From an uncultured delta proteobacterium (GTDB lineage Bacteria > Desulfobacterota > Deferrimicrobia > Deferrimicrobiales > Deferrimicrobiaceae), in the NCBI GenBank assembly GCA_963811025.1, contig CAWEPX010000033.1:216414-280413 (forward strand): a stretch of 64,000 bases of DNA. The letters run 5' to 3'. Positions within the stretch are counted from its first letter, which is position 1, and each line of letters starts with the position of its first letter. Below, one piece after another: positions 50,045 to 59,649 of this stretch. The position numbers and the translations under genes are program-made. The notes beneath the pieces were generated by a model. The model saw only the letters and a program-made list of their open reading frames with translations. It did not search any database and was not told the DNA's origin.

Positions 50045-51613
50045 ATGCTCCTTCCCCTGAAATGCCGTTTTCCGGACGGGTATGATATCGGGCGATTGAT
50101 CCGTGAACTGGCCGACCGGTATCCGGTTCGAACGGAGCAACCCCGATCGGAGACCATTTCGTTCTACGATACGTTTGACTGGCGCCTGTATCATCGGTCG
50201 CTGGTATTGTGTACGGCCGGATCCAGGCTGTTCCTGCGCAGACTGTTCGAAGACGCACCCATCCACCATGCGGAAGTCACCGCTCCTCCCGTCTTCCTCC
50301 GGGATATTCCCGACGGTGTTCTCAAAAAAAAGCTGGCACCGATCGTAACTGTCCGGGCACTCCGGAAACTTGCGGAACTGCATTCCCGGTCGACGCCGTA
50401 TCGTATAACGAACCACGAGGGGAAAACCGTGGCTCGTATCCTCCATGAGGAAATTCGAATCCCGCCGGACACGGACGCCCCGGTGCTGGCGGAAACCCTT
50501 TGGTGGAAACCGGCGAGAGGAAACATGGGGGAATCCCGGGAAGTTCGCAAGCGGTTGGAGAAAGCCGGATTCACCGCACACGAAAGGGAAGATGTCTTCT
50601 CCGCTGCGATGAAAGAAAGCGGGGAAGAGCCGGGAGGATATTCCACGAAACCGGACATACCGCTCGATCCCGGGATGCGCTCGGACGAGGCCGTAAAGAC
50701 CGTGCTGCGTTTCCTGCTGCGGGTAATGCGAGTCAACGAGGAAAACCTGGAAAAAGACCTGGATACGGAATTTCTCCATGATTATCGGGTGGCTCTGCGT
50801 CGCACCCGTTCGGTCTTGAGCCAGATGAAGCGCGTGTTCCCGGCAGAGACGGCCCGACGGTTCCGGAAAGAACTGTCTTCCGTGGGGAAGATCTCCAACC
50901 CGCTGCGGGATCTGGACGTCTATCTCCTGAACGAAGACGCCTGCAAGGAAATGCTTCCCGCATCCCTGCGGGACGACATCGATCCGTTGTTCGATTATCT
51001 GCGAAAGAAACGATCCCGGGAATTCCGCGAGTTCATCCGGCGGAGCAAGTCGGGAACATTCCGGAAACTGTTTCGGGAATGGGGCGAGTTTCTGCAGAAA
51101 CCGGGAACGGATGTTCCGACAGCCCCCGATGCCGCGCTTCCCATACGCGACGTGGTGCAAATAAGGATCCGCAAGAAATACGAGCGTGTTCTCAGAGAAG
51201 GGAACCGGGTCCTCGACGACCCGGAAGGCGAGGGGCTGCATCTTCTTCGGATCGAATGCAAGGAGCTGCGATACCTTCTGGAATTCTTCTCCCGCCTGTT
51301 TCCCCCCCGGAAGATCCGTGTCCAGATCGGACAATTGAAGAAACTGCAGGACCTGTTGGGATCCTGTAATGATCTTCGTGTCCAGGAACGATATCTCCTG
51401 GATGTCGCCCGGGAACTCCGGGAAACCGGCAGGCAGGCGAAAAAAACATCGTTGGCCGTCGGCAGCCTGGTGGGAACGCTGAACCGGGAAAAGCAGACGT
51501 TGCAAGGTGCCTTCGCAAAAACGTTCGCCGAATTCGCATCGCCCGCAAACCGCAAGTCTTTCCGGGATCTTTTCCCTACGGTTTCAGAACCATCCAGGAA
51601 GGGGGCAGGCTGA
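50045..51613 (+). CDS. CHAD-domain protein with CYTH-like N-terminus
   Basis: FYDTFDWRL; EFLHDYRVALRRTRS, RDLDV, LHLLRIECKELRYLLE, LQDLLG. Confidence 0.85.
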   Translation: MLLPLKCRFPDGYDIGRLIRELADRYPVRTEQPRSETISFYDTFDWRLYHRSLVLCTAGSRLFLRRLFEDAPIHHAEVTAPPVFLRDIPDGVLKKKLAPIVTVRALRKLAELHSRSTPYRITNHEGKTVARILHEEIRIPPDTDAPVLAETLWWKPARGNMGESREVRKRLEKAGFTAHEREDVFSAAMKESGEEPGGYSTKPDIPLDPGMRSDEAVKTVLRFLLRVMRVNEENLEKDLDTEFLHDYRVALRRTRSVLSQMKRVFPAETARRFRKELSSVGKISNPLRDLDVYLLNEDACKEMLPASLRDDIDPLFDYLRKKRSREFREFIRRSKSGTFRKLFREWGEFLQKPGTDVPTAPDAALPIRDVVQIRIRKKYERVLREGNRVLDDPEGEGLHLLRIECKELRYLLEFFSRLFPPRKIRVQIGQLKKLQDLLGSCNDLRVQERYLLDVARELRETGRQAKKTSLAVGSLVGTLNREKQTLQGAFAKTFAEFASPANRKSFRDLFPTVSEPSRKGAG

Positions 51614-51616
51614 CCG

Positions 51617-53047
51617 TCATTGCGGCGGCGGCACCGTTCCCGCGTAGAACACCTTGCACTCCCCGCCCGGGGCGGCCTCCGTCGCCTCTCCCGCAGGTGT
51701 CTCCCCGGTGGGTTCTTCTCCCTTCGCGGCGATTGTCTTCGCGATTCGGGGAAGGCGGAAAGCTCCCTGTATGGTCTGCCCGGCGCGGGCGCAGCCCCTG
51801 TCGTCCACGAGCGCGACCGTGATGTTGTCGAACTGCCCGCCCGGGAGGTCGATCCTGCCCGTGAGCGCGACCCGGTGCTCTTTCGTGGCGAGGGCTACGT
51901 CCTCCGCCTCGAACCTGCCATTCTTTACGGTCCAGTTCGACACAAGCGTATCGACCAGGCCTCCTTCCCCCTCTTTCCCTACCCTGGCGTCCGGTCCGAA
52001 AAGTCCCTCGGCGGCCGCCGTGAAGAGCGGGCCGGGCAGGAGGAGGGCACCCATCCGCGCGAGAGGGGCCGGTTTCCCTTCACGTATTGCCGACAGGAGC
52101 GCATCAGGATCGAAGTCCCGGACCTTGAGATCGCTCCCTTTCCAGGAGATGTCGCCCGTCATCGTCCCGGCCAACGCGCCCGGATCCGCCCCTTTCATGA
52201 ACAGGTTCCAGGAGAGATCCGCCTTTCCCGCAAGAAGACCTTGCTTCCCGCCGGCGGCCATGGACAGCTGCTCGATGTCGGAACCCGTTTGCACAAACCG
52301 GATATTGACAAGGGGAGTCGACACCGCGAGATTGATCCACAGGCTTCCCTCCCCGGTCCCGCCGAACGCTTGCAGGGTAATCGGGTGAATCTCGAAGTTC
52401 CCGTTCTTCGCCGTCAATGCGAACGCAAGAGTCGAAGCCTCCCAGGTTCCGACGGCCGTTCTCGCCGCCTTCACGTTCCCCGAGAGGGAGACGGTACGGA
52501 ACGGGTCCTCCACGGGCGGTTCCCCGAACGTGATGTCCCGCACGACCAGTTCGAGCCCGTCCACTTCGGCCCGGATCGAGGAATCCTTGCTTTCGTAGGA
52601 GACTATCCCCCCGGATACCGAGAACCGATCGACGCTGTCTAGGGTACCGGGCAGGGTCTCCCTGGCGATTCGAAACGGCCGGGTAAGATAACGCTCGAAG
52701 TCGAACGGACCGCTTCCGGTCCGCAGGAGGAAAAGCTGCGGCCGGACAAGTTCCACTTGCCGGATGCGGACCTGCCCCCACAGCAGGGGGAGGATTTTCA
52801 GGCCGACCCGCATCCTTTCCGCGCGGACGACGGTTGCCCCGCGACGTGCGACATCGATATCGCCCAGCGAAACCCCGAACGGGGGGAAGTACTCGATCTT
52901 CATCTCCCCGCGGATTTTGACATCCAGCCCGAGGATCCGGGACGCCTCGGTTTCGAGCCTTGGCCGGTACTTGCCGATGTCGACAAAAAGGACGAGAGCG
53001 AGGATGGCAAGCGCCAGGACCGCAAGAAGGCCGGCGATCACGCGCAA
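51617..53047 (-). CDS. AsmA-family protein
   Basis: N-terminal TM, YRPRLE..LGLDVKI.G, beta-rich body, ending QGAFRLP. Confidence 0.75.
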   Translation of the reverse strand: MRVIAGLLAVLALAILALVLFVDIGKYRPRLETEASRILGLDVKIRGEMKIEYFPPFGVSLGDIDVARRGATVVRAERMRVGLKILPLLWGQVRIRQVELVRPQLFLLRTGSGPFDFERYLTRPFRIARETLPGTLDSVDRFSVSGGIVSYESKDSSIRAEVDGLELVVRDITFGEPPVEDPFRTVSLSGNVKAARTAVGTWEASTLAFALTAKNGNFEIHPITLQAFGGTGEGSLWINLAVSTPLVNIRFVQTGSDIEQLSMAAGGKQGLLAGKADLSWNLFMKGADPGALAGTMTGDISWKGSDLKVRDFDPDALLSAIREGKPAPLARMGALLLPGPLFTAAAEGLFGPDARVGKEGEGGLVDTLVSNWTVKNGRFEAEDVALATKEHRVALTGRIDLPGGQFDNITVALVDDRGCARAGQTIQGAFRLPRIAKTIAAKGEEPTGETPAGEATEAAPGGECKVFYAGTVPPPQ

Positions 53048-53259
53048 CGCACGGTTTTTGCCTTTTCCCTTCCTTCCGGAAACCAGTTTACCCGTCTCTC
53101 TCCTCCGTTTCCACTATCACCAGGCGCCCGCGCGCGGTATCACCTCATGGTTCGTGTCGTGATTTCGTCCAGGAGGAATGGATAGAAAAAAAATTCTCCC
53201 CGTAAAAAAGGAGGACGGGAGTACTGGATGCGCTCATCTTTTCCTTGTCGAACAGTGGG

Positions 53260-54852
53260 CTATTCTTCCAGGATCTTTTCGGCCTCTTCCCGGTAGGCGC
53301 TCATCACGTACGGGATGCCGGATATGCGCTCCGCCTCCTCCGTGAGCGACATCAGGTCCCTGCGGGAAAGGGCGGAGACCCGGAATTTCCGGCTCCCCGC
53401 CATCAACTGCTGGAGCCCGACCTCCAGTTTCTTGCTGAAGGTGTAGATTCCCAGGGCGCCCAAGGGGATGTTTTTCGCCTCCTTCCCGTATTTCTCCACG
53501 AGGTCTTCGTACAGGATGAAGATCTCGTCTATTTTCTGCCCGTATTTGGAGACGGTCTTCGGCAGGTTCCTCTCCTTGACCCACGTGCCGATGTTCTTCC
53601 CCACCATCCCGGGGATCATGAGGCCCCTGCCCATGCAGACCGCCCTGAAGTAGGGGCTCCCCATGGCGAGGACCTTGTAGATGCCGTCCTCCGTGGAGAA
53701 TCCGCCGGCCATGGCAAGATCCGGGACCCTTACCCCCCGGCTCCGCAGTTTTTCGCAGAACTCGTAGGCAAGGGCCTGCAGGTAGAACGTCGGGATCCCC
53801 CACTCGTTCATCATGGGCCACGGGCTCATCCCGGTGCCGCCGGGCGCCCCGTCGATCGTGAGCAGGTCGATTTTCGCCTCGGCGGCGTACCGGATCGCCA
53901 TGGCGAGCTCCACCATGGAATAGGCGCCGGTCTTCAGCGTGACCCGCTGGAACCCGAGGTCCCGAAGCCGCTGGACCTCGGCGAGAAACGCCTCCTTCGT
54001 CACGAAGCCCAGGCGCGAGTGGCGCTCGAACTCCTTGAGGGCGCCGTCTTCGAACGCCCTCTGGATCTCGGGATGGGTCGGGTCGGGCAGAACCAGGTAA
54101 CCCCGTTTCTTGAGTTCCTTCGCGCGCTTGAGCGTGTTGACCTTGATCTCGCCGCCGATGCACTTCGCCCCCTGTCCCCACTTGAGCTCGATGGTGTCGA
54201 GCTTGTGCTTGTCGAGCACGTATTCGGCGACCCCGAGCCTCGTGTCCTCCACGTTCAGCTGAATGAGGATCTCCCCGTATCCCTCGTGGTACTTCCTGTA
54301 CGTTTCGATCCTCCTGTCCATCTCGGGGGATTTCTTCACCTTCCCTTTCCCCGTGCGCTCCAGCCCGGGATCGATGCCGCAGACGTTCTCCCCGCATACC
54401 AGGGTGACCCCGGAGATGGCGGCCCCGACGGCGAAATGCTCCCAGTTGATCCGGGCGATGTCCGTCGAGCCCAGCGCACCGGTGAAGACCGGAACCCGCA
54501 TCCGGACCTTCTTGTCCCAGCCGTATTCCGTTTCGGTGTCGACATGAGAGAAGATCGCCGTATCCGGCCCCAGCTCGGTCCCCTCGGGGAGCCCATGTGC
54601 CCCGGCGGCGTATCCCTGGATGTTGAGGTGAGAGTAATCGACGGGATAGTTCTTGTCCGCGCCGGCCGTGATCTCCCCGAACGGGCCCGGGTAGATGACC
54701 TCCCGGCCACGGAAGGAGGCCAGCCATATTTCGCATCCCCCCTTGCAGCCGTCCAGGCAATCGCTGCAGATTCCCGACATGGGGACGACGCTTCGGGAAC
54801 GGTTAAATGTTCCTGTGGCGCTGTTTGCGTTCGGTCTGCGCAGGTTTCCCAT
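53260..54852 (-). CDS. Stand-alone FMN-binding glutamate synthase family protein
   Basis: CSDCLDGCKGGC, IELKWGQGAK, DGAPGGTG, MAGG, MGR; RBS AGGAGG. Confidence 0.85.
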   Translation of the reverse strand: MGNLRRPNANSATGTFNRSRSVVPMSGICSDCLDGCKGGCEIWLASFRGREVIYPGPFGEITAGADKNYPVDYSHLNIQGYAAGAHGLPEGTELGPDTAIFSHVDTETEYGWDKKVRMRVPVFTGALGSTDIARINWEHFAVGAAISGVTLVCGENVCGIDPGLERTGKGKVKKSPEMDRRIETYRKYHEGYGEILIQLNVEDTRLGVAEYVLDKHKLDTIELKWGQGAKCIGGEIKVNTLKRAKELKKRGYLVLPDPTHPEIQRAFEDGALKEFERHSRLGFVTKEAFLAEVQRLRDLGFQRVTLKTGAYSMVELAMAIRYAAEAKIDLLTIDGAPGGTGMSPWPMMNEWGIPTFYLQALAYEFCEKLRSRGVRVPDLAMAGGFSTEDGIYKVLAMGSPYFRAVCMGRGLMIPGMVGKNIGTWVKERNLPKTVSKYGQKIDEIFILYEDLVEKYGKEAKNIPLGALGIYTFSKKLEVGLQQLMAGSRKFRVSALSRRDLMSLTEEAERISGIPYVMSAYREEAEKILEE

Positions 54853-54992
54853 AGTTGCGCCTCCTGTTGTTGAAAATCGGGTGCGGGTGCTGTGCATCGA
54901 AGAAAACCGGCAACCGTTCCCAAACCAGTGAAGATTTTCAAGGTAGCAAAATACTTACGGATAGACAAATGCGGGTTTTCCCGGTCTTCGCC

Positions 54993-56744
54993 CTACGCTT
55001 TCCGGTTCATCGAGGACGCGACAGGATTCCTCCCCGATCGAAGTCTTTTGAGCAGGCTCCGGCAGGGCAGCGTGTTGAGGACGTCGCCCGCAACCGCCCA
55101 CCCCCTCCGCGCGGTCGCCACGCCGTATTCCATGTAGTCGAAATGGGTGTTGACGTGGGCGTCCGTGCTGATGACGAGAGGGACGCCGTACCGTTTTGCC
55201 ATCCTCACGTGGTAGTCGGATAGGTCCAGCCGGGCGGGATGGGCGTTGACCTCCATCGCCACGCCCCGGGCGGCGGCTTCCCGGAGGACCGCTTCCATGT
55301 CTGCGTCGTACGGGTCCCGCTTCCCGAGGAGCCGTCCGGTGGGGTGGGCGATGACGCCGACGAGGGGATTCCGGACGGCCGACAGGAGCCTGGCCGTGAT
55401 CCGCTCCCGGGATTGACGGAACCCCGAGTGGATGGATGCCACGACGATGTCGAGTTCCCCGAGGATGCCGTCGGGAAGATCGAGCGTTCCGTCCCCCCGG
55501 ATATCCACCTCGATTCCCTTCAGGATCCGGAAGTCCCGTAGGGACCGGTTGGCATCGTCGATCCGGGTCATCTGATCGCGCAGCCTCTTCTCGTCCAGGC
55601 CGCGGGCGATCCCGAGTCCTTTCGAATGGTCGGTGATCGCGATGTACCGGTATCCCTTCCGTTTCGCGGCACGGACCACCGCGTCGAGGTCGTGGGCGCC
55701 GTCCGACCAGTTCGTGTGGACGTGGAGGTCTCCCCGGATCTCCCCGACGGTCAGCGCCCGGGGAAGTTCGCCTTCCGCCGCAGCCTCGAACTCCCCTCCG
55801 TCCTCGCGCAGTTCGGGCGGGATGAAGGGGAGCCCGACCGCCGTGTAGATCTCTCCCTCCCGCCGGCCCCCGACCCTTTTCCCGTCGGCTTCCCGGAATA
55901 TGCCGTATTCGTTGCACAGGAGGCCGGCGCGCGAGGCCATCTCCCGGAGGCGGATGTTGTGCTCCTTGCTGCCCGTGAAATACTGGAGCGCCGCGCCGAA
56001 CGAGATTTCCTTCACGACGCGCAGGTCGACCTGGATTCCGTCCGTCGTGCGGATGGATGCCTTCGTCGTACCGTGAGAAAGGACCTCCGCGACGACCGAA
56101 AGGCCGGAAAAAACCTCGATGACCTTCGCCGGTTTCACCGACGTGGCGACGATGTCGATGTCCTTGACCGTTTCCTTCCACCGACGGATGCTGCCCGCCA
56201 GGGAAATCCTGCCCAGGGGGGCTTTGGCCCGCAGTTTTCGGACGATGTCGTCCGCGACGGGCAAGGCCACGCCCAGGGGGTGACGTTCCCTTCCCCTGCG
56301 CAGGGTGTCGATCCCCTTCCGGATGTTCTCCTCGGTCTTCTTCTGGATCCCCGGGAGCCCGGCCAGCTTCCCCTCCCGGCTCTGCGCCTCGAGGTCGTCC
56401 AGGTCCCGGATCCCCGCCTTCTCGTAAAGGATCTTTGCCGTCTTCGGCCCGATTCCGGGAACGTGGAGAATGTCGAGGACGCCCGCCGGGATCTCCCGCT
56501 TCAACTCCTCGTGGAGGTCGATGTGACCCGTTTGGAGAAACTGCCGGATCTTTCCGACGAGGTCCGGCCCGATCCCGGCGATGGACCGCAGCGCATCGTC
56601 GGCCATCCCGGCCACGTCCTGCGTGTGTCCCCCGATGTTTTGCGCCGCCCGCAGATACGACCGGATCCGGAACGGGTTCTCCCCCTTAAGCTCCAGAAGA
56701 GAGGCGATTTCGTTGAAAACGTTGGCGATCTGCGGGTTTTTCAT
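54993..56744 (-). CDS. polX: DNA polymerase X / PHP-domain 3'-5' exonuclease
   Basis: GENPFR, AGSIRR.KETVKDIDI, FTGSKEHN, GDLHVHT.WSDG, TDHS, TDAH. Confidence 0.93.
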   Translation of the reverse strand: MKNPQIANVFNEIASLLELKGENPFRIRSYLRAAQNIGGHTQDVAGMADDALRSIAGIGPDLVGKIRQFLQTGHIDLHEELKREIPAGVLDILHVPGIGPKTAKILYEKAGIRDLDDLEAQSREGKLAGLPGIQKKTEENIRKGIDTLRRGRERHPLGVALPVADDIVRKLRAKAPLGRISLAGSIRRWKETVKDIDIVATSVKPAKVIEVFSGLSVVAEVLSHGTTKASIRTTDGIQVDLRVVKEISFGAALQYFTGSKEHNIRLREMASRAGLLCNEYGIFREADGKRVGGRREGEIYTAVGLPFIPPELREDGGEFEAAAEGELPRALTVGEIRGDLHVHTNWSDGAHDLDAVVRAAKRKGYRYIAITDHSKGLGIARGLDEKRLRDQMTRIDDANRSLRDFRILKGIEVDIRGDGTLDLPDGILGELDIVVASIHSGFRQSRERITARLLSAVRNPLVGVIAHPTGRLLGKRDPYDADMEAVLREAAARGVAMEVNAHPARLDLSDYHVRMAKRYGVPLVISTDAHVNTHFDYMEYGVATARRGWAVAGDVLNTLPCRSLLKRLRSGRNPVASSMNRKA

Positions 56745-58049
56745 CTTTCTTCCCCGGGATTGGTTCTTCCTTCCATTTCTCCGGAAGATGGCGATGCGTC
56801 GGCAAGGGATTCCGCGGGGGAGTCTGAGGGTAAACGCCACGGCTGCGAAGCTCACGGCGGACCGGGTAGGCTCCTCGTGCCAGACGTCGTAGTCCAGCAC
56901 CGTCCCGCGTATTCCGGGCAGAACGGCCAGCAGGGTCCACAGCGTGGAGAATCCGCAGATCCGGTATCGGTTCCGGGAGCGGGCTCCCGCCAGGAAGAAG
57001 GCGGAGGCGTCTCCCGCCGTGAGCGCTCCCAGAATCTCCCGGTCGAAGGCCGTGAATTCGGGCTCGATCGAGCGGCCCGTATGGGGGTCCCCGAACTTCT
57101 GCCCGACGTGGGAGAGGTCGACGCCCGCAACGACGAGCTTCCTCCCCGGCGGTTCGGAAATCCAGGCGGAAACCGCCTCGACGAAGGAAGCGATGCCCGG
57201 GGCCTCGAGAGGGGAACGAACCGTTCCGAAGAGGTCTTCCATCTGTCCGCAAAGGACGGGAAGGATCGGGACCTGTTCCATCGGAAAAAGCCGCTGGAGG
57301 AACAGAAGCTGGAACTCGAGTGAATGCTCGTTGCGGTGGGCGAAGTCATCCGGGCAGAGCGCCCCGCCCGCCGCGGCCCGGATCCGCGCAGTCCCCTCCC
57401 GGTCCGCCGGGACACGGCCCAGGGGAGTCGTGAATGTCTTGTCGGAGATGCTGTAGCGGGTCCTCCCGAGGGCGTGGCCGGTCCCGAGAAGAAGGATCGC
57501 GGAAGGAGCGAGGTCCCGGATCGAGCGGTACGCCGCCGCGTAGGTCCGCTCCGCCACCCGGAGGTCGATGTGGGGGGCCGCCAGCGCACAGGGGGGGCCG
57601 GGGAGGCGGTCGGCGGGGGTCGCCGGGAGGGAGAGGATCCGGTCGAGCACGGAGGCGGCCTCTCCGGGTTCCGAAGGGTAGGAATTTCCGGCAAGAAACG
57701 CCTCCCTCTCCGGGCTGTTCGCGAACTCTTTTATGATCCGGTCCTTTGCCGCCCGGTACGAATCCGTCTGGAGGATGCCCAGCCGGGAGAGATCCTCGAC
57801 GATCCGCTCCGCCGCGGAACGGAAGACGAGGGAGCCGCCCTGGTGGCGCATCATGATGATCTGCAGGTTGCCGATAGAGGTGGAACCGTCGAAGAGCGGG
57901 AGGTACGGGGCAATTTCGGCAGAAAGGGCGGCGTTCGGGGAGACGATCCCCAGCGGGTCCCGGACGAGGATCATGTCTCGCCCCTCGTGGCGCACGGTAA
58001 GGAAGTCGATGTCCGTGCGAAGCGCGGGCAGCGTGTCCATGGACTCCAT
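56741..58049 (-). CDS. amrB: AmmeMemoRadiSam protein B (MEMO1 family) with N-terminal extension; probable frameshift near 56830
   Basis: APHID, LGTGH, EHSLEFQL, DLSHVG, ICG, VSFA; shifted tail ends at TGA overlapping polX ATG. Confidence 0.78.
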
Positions 58050-58106
58050 TGTACCCCGTGGAACCGGTCCGCGGCGGGCAGCGGTTCGGTCTCGGCTCCC
58101 CTCCGG

Positions 58107-58562
58107 TTACGCCGCCTTGAGATCGGACGTGCAGTGCCCGCACCGCGTCGCCTTGATCGGAATGGTGGACAGGCACAGCGGGCATTCCTTCGTCGTCGGC
58201 ACGGCAGGCGGTGCCTCTTCCTTCATCTTGAGGTTGTTGATCCCCCTGATCAGGAAGAAGAGGGCGATGGCGATGATGAGAAAGTTCACGATCGTGTTCG
58301 TGAAAACCCCGTAGTTCAACGTGACCGCACCCGCCTCTTTGGCCGCGGCTACCGTTTCGTAGGGACCGAGCGACTGTCCTTCCTTGAGCACAAGGAACAG
58401 GTTGGAAAAATCGACGTTGCCCACCAACAGACCGACTGCCGGCATCAGGACGTCGGCAACCAGCGAACTGATGATTCCCCCGAAGGCCGCGCCGATGATG
58501 ATTCCCACCGCCATGTCGACCATGTTGCCCTTCATCGCGAACTTCTTGAACTCCTGGAGCAT
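58107..58562 (-). CDS. mscL: Large-conductance mechanosensitive channel with C-terminal zinc ribbon
   Basis: EFKKFAMKGNMVDMAVGIIIGAAF, NYG.F..NFLI, CPLC..CGHC. Confidence 0.95.
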   Translation of the reverse strand: MLQEFKKFAMKGNMVDMAVGIIIGAAFGGIISSLVADVLMPAVGLLVGNVDFSNLFLVLKEGQSLGPYETVAAAKEAGAVTLNYGVFTNTIVNFLIIAIALFFLIRGINNLKMKEEAPPAVPTTKECPLCLSTIPIKATRCGHCTSDLKAA

Positions 58563-58655
58563 GTGCGAGTCCTCCTTTTTTCTCTACCGCGTGAAATGCC
58601 ACAGGTTCCCGGCTTCCATTACCGAAATATATAACCCAGGCTGCGGGCCTGGTCG

Positions 58656-59384
58656 TCAGAAATTCGCCACCAGCGCCACTCCCAGAATCTTGTCCGCTTT
58701 CTTCAGGTTTCCGACCGGGTCGTTGTCGTATTTGATCTGGTAACTCGCCTTCAGCGAAAGCCAGCTGTTCAGGGCGGACAACACCGCCGTCTCCGAGTTC
58801 AGGTTCCAGTTGTCGAACTCGCTTGCGTCCAGAAGCCATTCGAGGGACTGGGTGAACCTGTTCTTCTCATTGAAATGGTATTCATACTTGCCGAAGAGCC
58901 GTCCCCCGAAGAAACCGTTGTCCGTGTTGTCCGTGTAATCCTCCTTCGTATAGGTGAGGCCCGCCTCGCCAAGCAGGAAGTGCTTCGGACCGGAGAAGAA
59001 CTTGTACCCTCCGCCCGCGCCGAGATAATACCGGGCGTCGATTCCCGCGAAATCGTCCTTGAACCATCCCCCGTAGCCGAACGAATAGAGCTGCTCGGTG
59101 TACGAATGGTCAACGCGGACCTCGGTGAAGTAGTTCTCCGCGTTCTTTGTGCCGTCGCTCTTGCCGTAAAGCATCCCCAGTTTCCACGTTGCCACCGTCT
59201 TGGCGGCGAACGGGACGGTCAGCGTGTTCTTCGCCGAAAGGGTGGTCACCTCCGTGTTGCCGCTGGTGTCGACGTACATGAGTTCCGCTTCATCGTGCCA
59301 CTTCGGCTCCTGCGCCGGCGCAACGGCATTCATCCCAAGGAGAAACGAACCCGCTGCCGCAAAGAGACAGAAGTATTTCATCAT
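58656..59384 (-). CDS. DUF481 (YdiY-like) outer-membrane beta-barrel
   Basis: Signal peptide, TSGNT, DDFAGID.R, GGGYKF, C-terminal F. Confidence 0.85.
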   Translation of the reverse strand: MMKYFCLFAAAGSFLLGMNAVAPAQEPKWHDEAELMYVDTSGNTEVTTLSAKNTLTVPFAAKTVATWKLGMLYGKSDGTKNAENYFTEVRVDHSYTEQLYSFGYGGWFKDDFAGIDARYYLGAGGGYKFFSGPKHFLLGEAGLTYTKEDYTDNTDNGFFGGRLFGKYEYHFNEKNRFTQSLEWLLDASEFDNWNLNSETAVLSALNSWLSLKASYQIKYDNDPVGNLKKADKILGVALVANF

Positions 59385-59649
59385 TCCCTCCTTCTCCGTT
59401 GTTTTTCCGCCTGGAAAGTAGAGGCTCCCTGTCCCCTGGGAGTTTGCTTTCCGGTGCAACGGAATCCTCCCCGGAAAAATTCCCTGATTTGCCTTGTGTT
59501 CCGGTTTGATGCGGGCTCCCGGGGTTGGTTTCCGTAAATGGTTCGCGGGACAGGATGCGGCAAGGCGCCGAACGGATTGATTCGTAAAGAAATCCCCCGG
59601 GTCGTCCGATACGGGAAATGTATTCGCTTTTAAGGGAGGGAAAGATCGG

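Noticed and set aside
54993-58049. 1018-aa AmrB-PolX fusion protein
   Set aside because: The linker reads like an off-frame Arg-rich string; the alternative frame gives an acidic tail ending in an ATGA overlap. Probably an artefact, not excluded.
59400-59520. Possible c-di-GMP-type riboswitch upstream of the DUF481 gene (GGCAAA/GCAAA on the minus strand)
   Set aside because: I could not build the conserved stems and spacing by eye; an Rfam covariance search would settle it.
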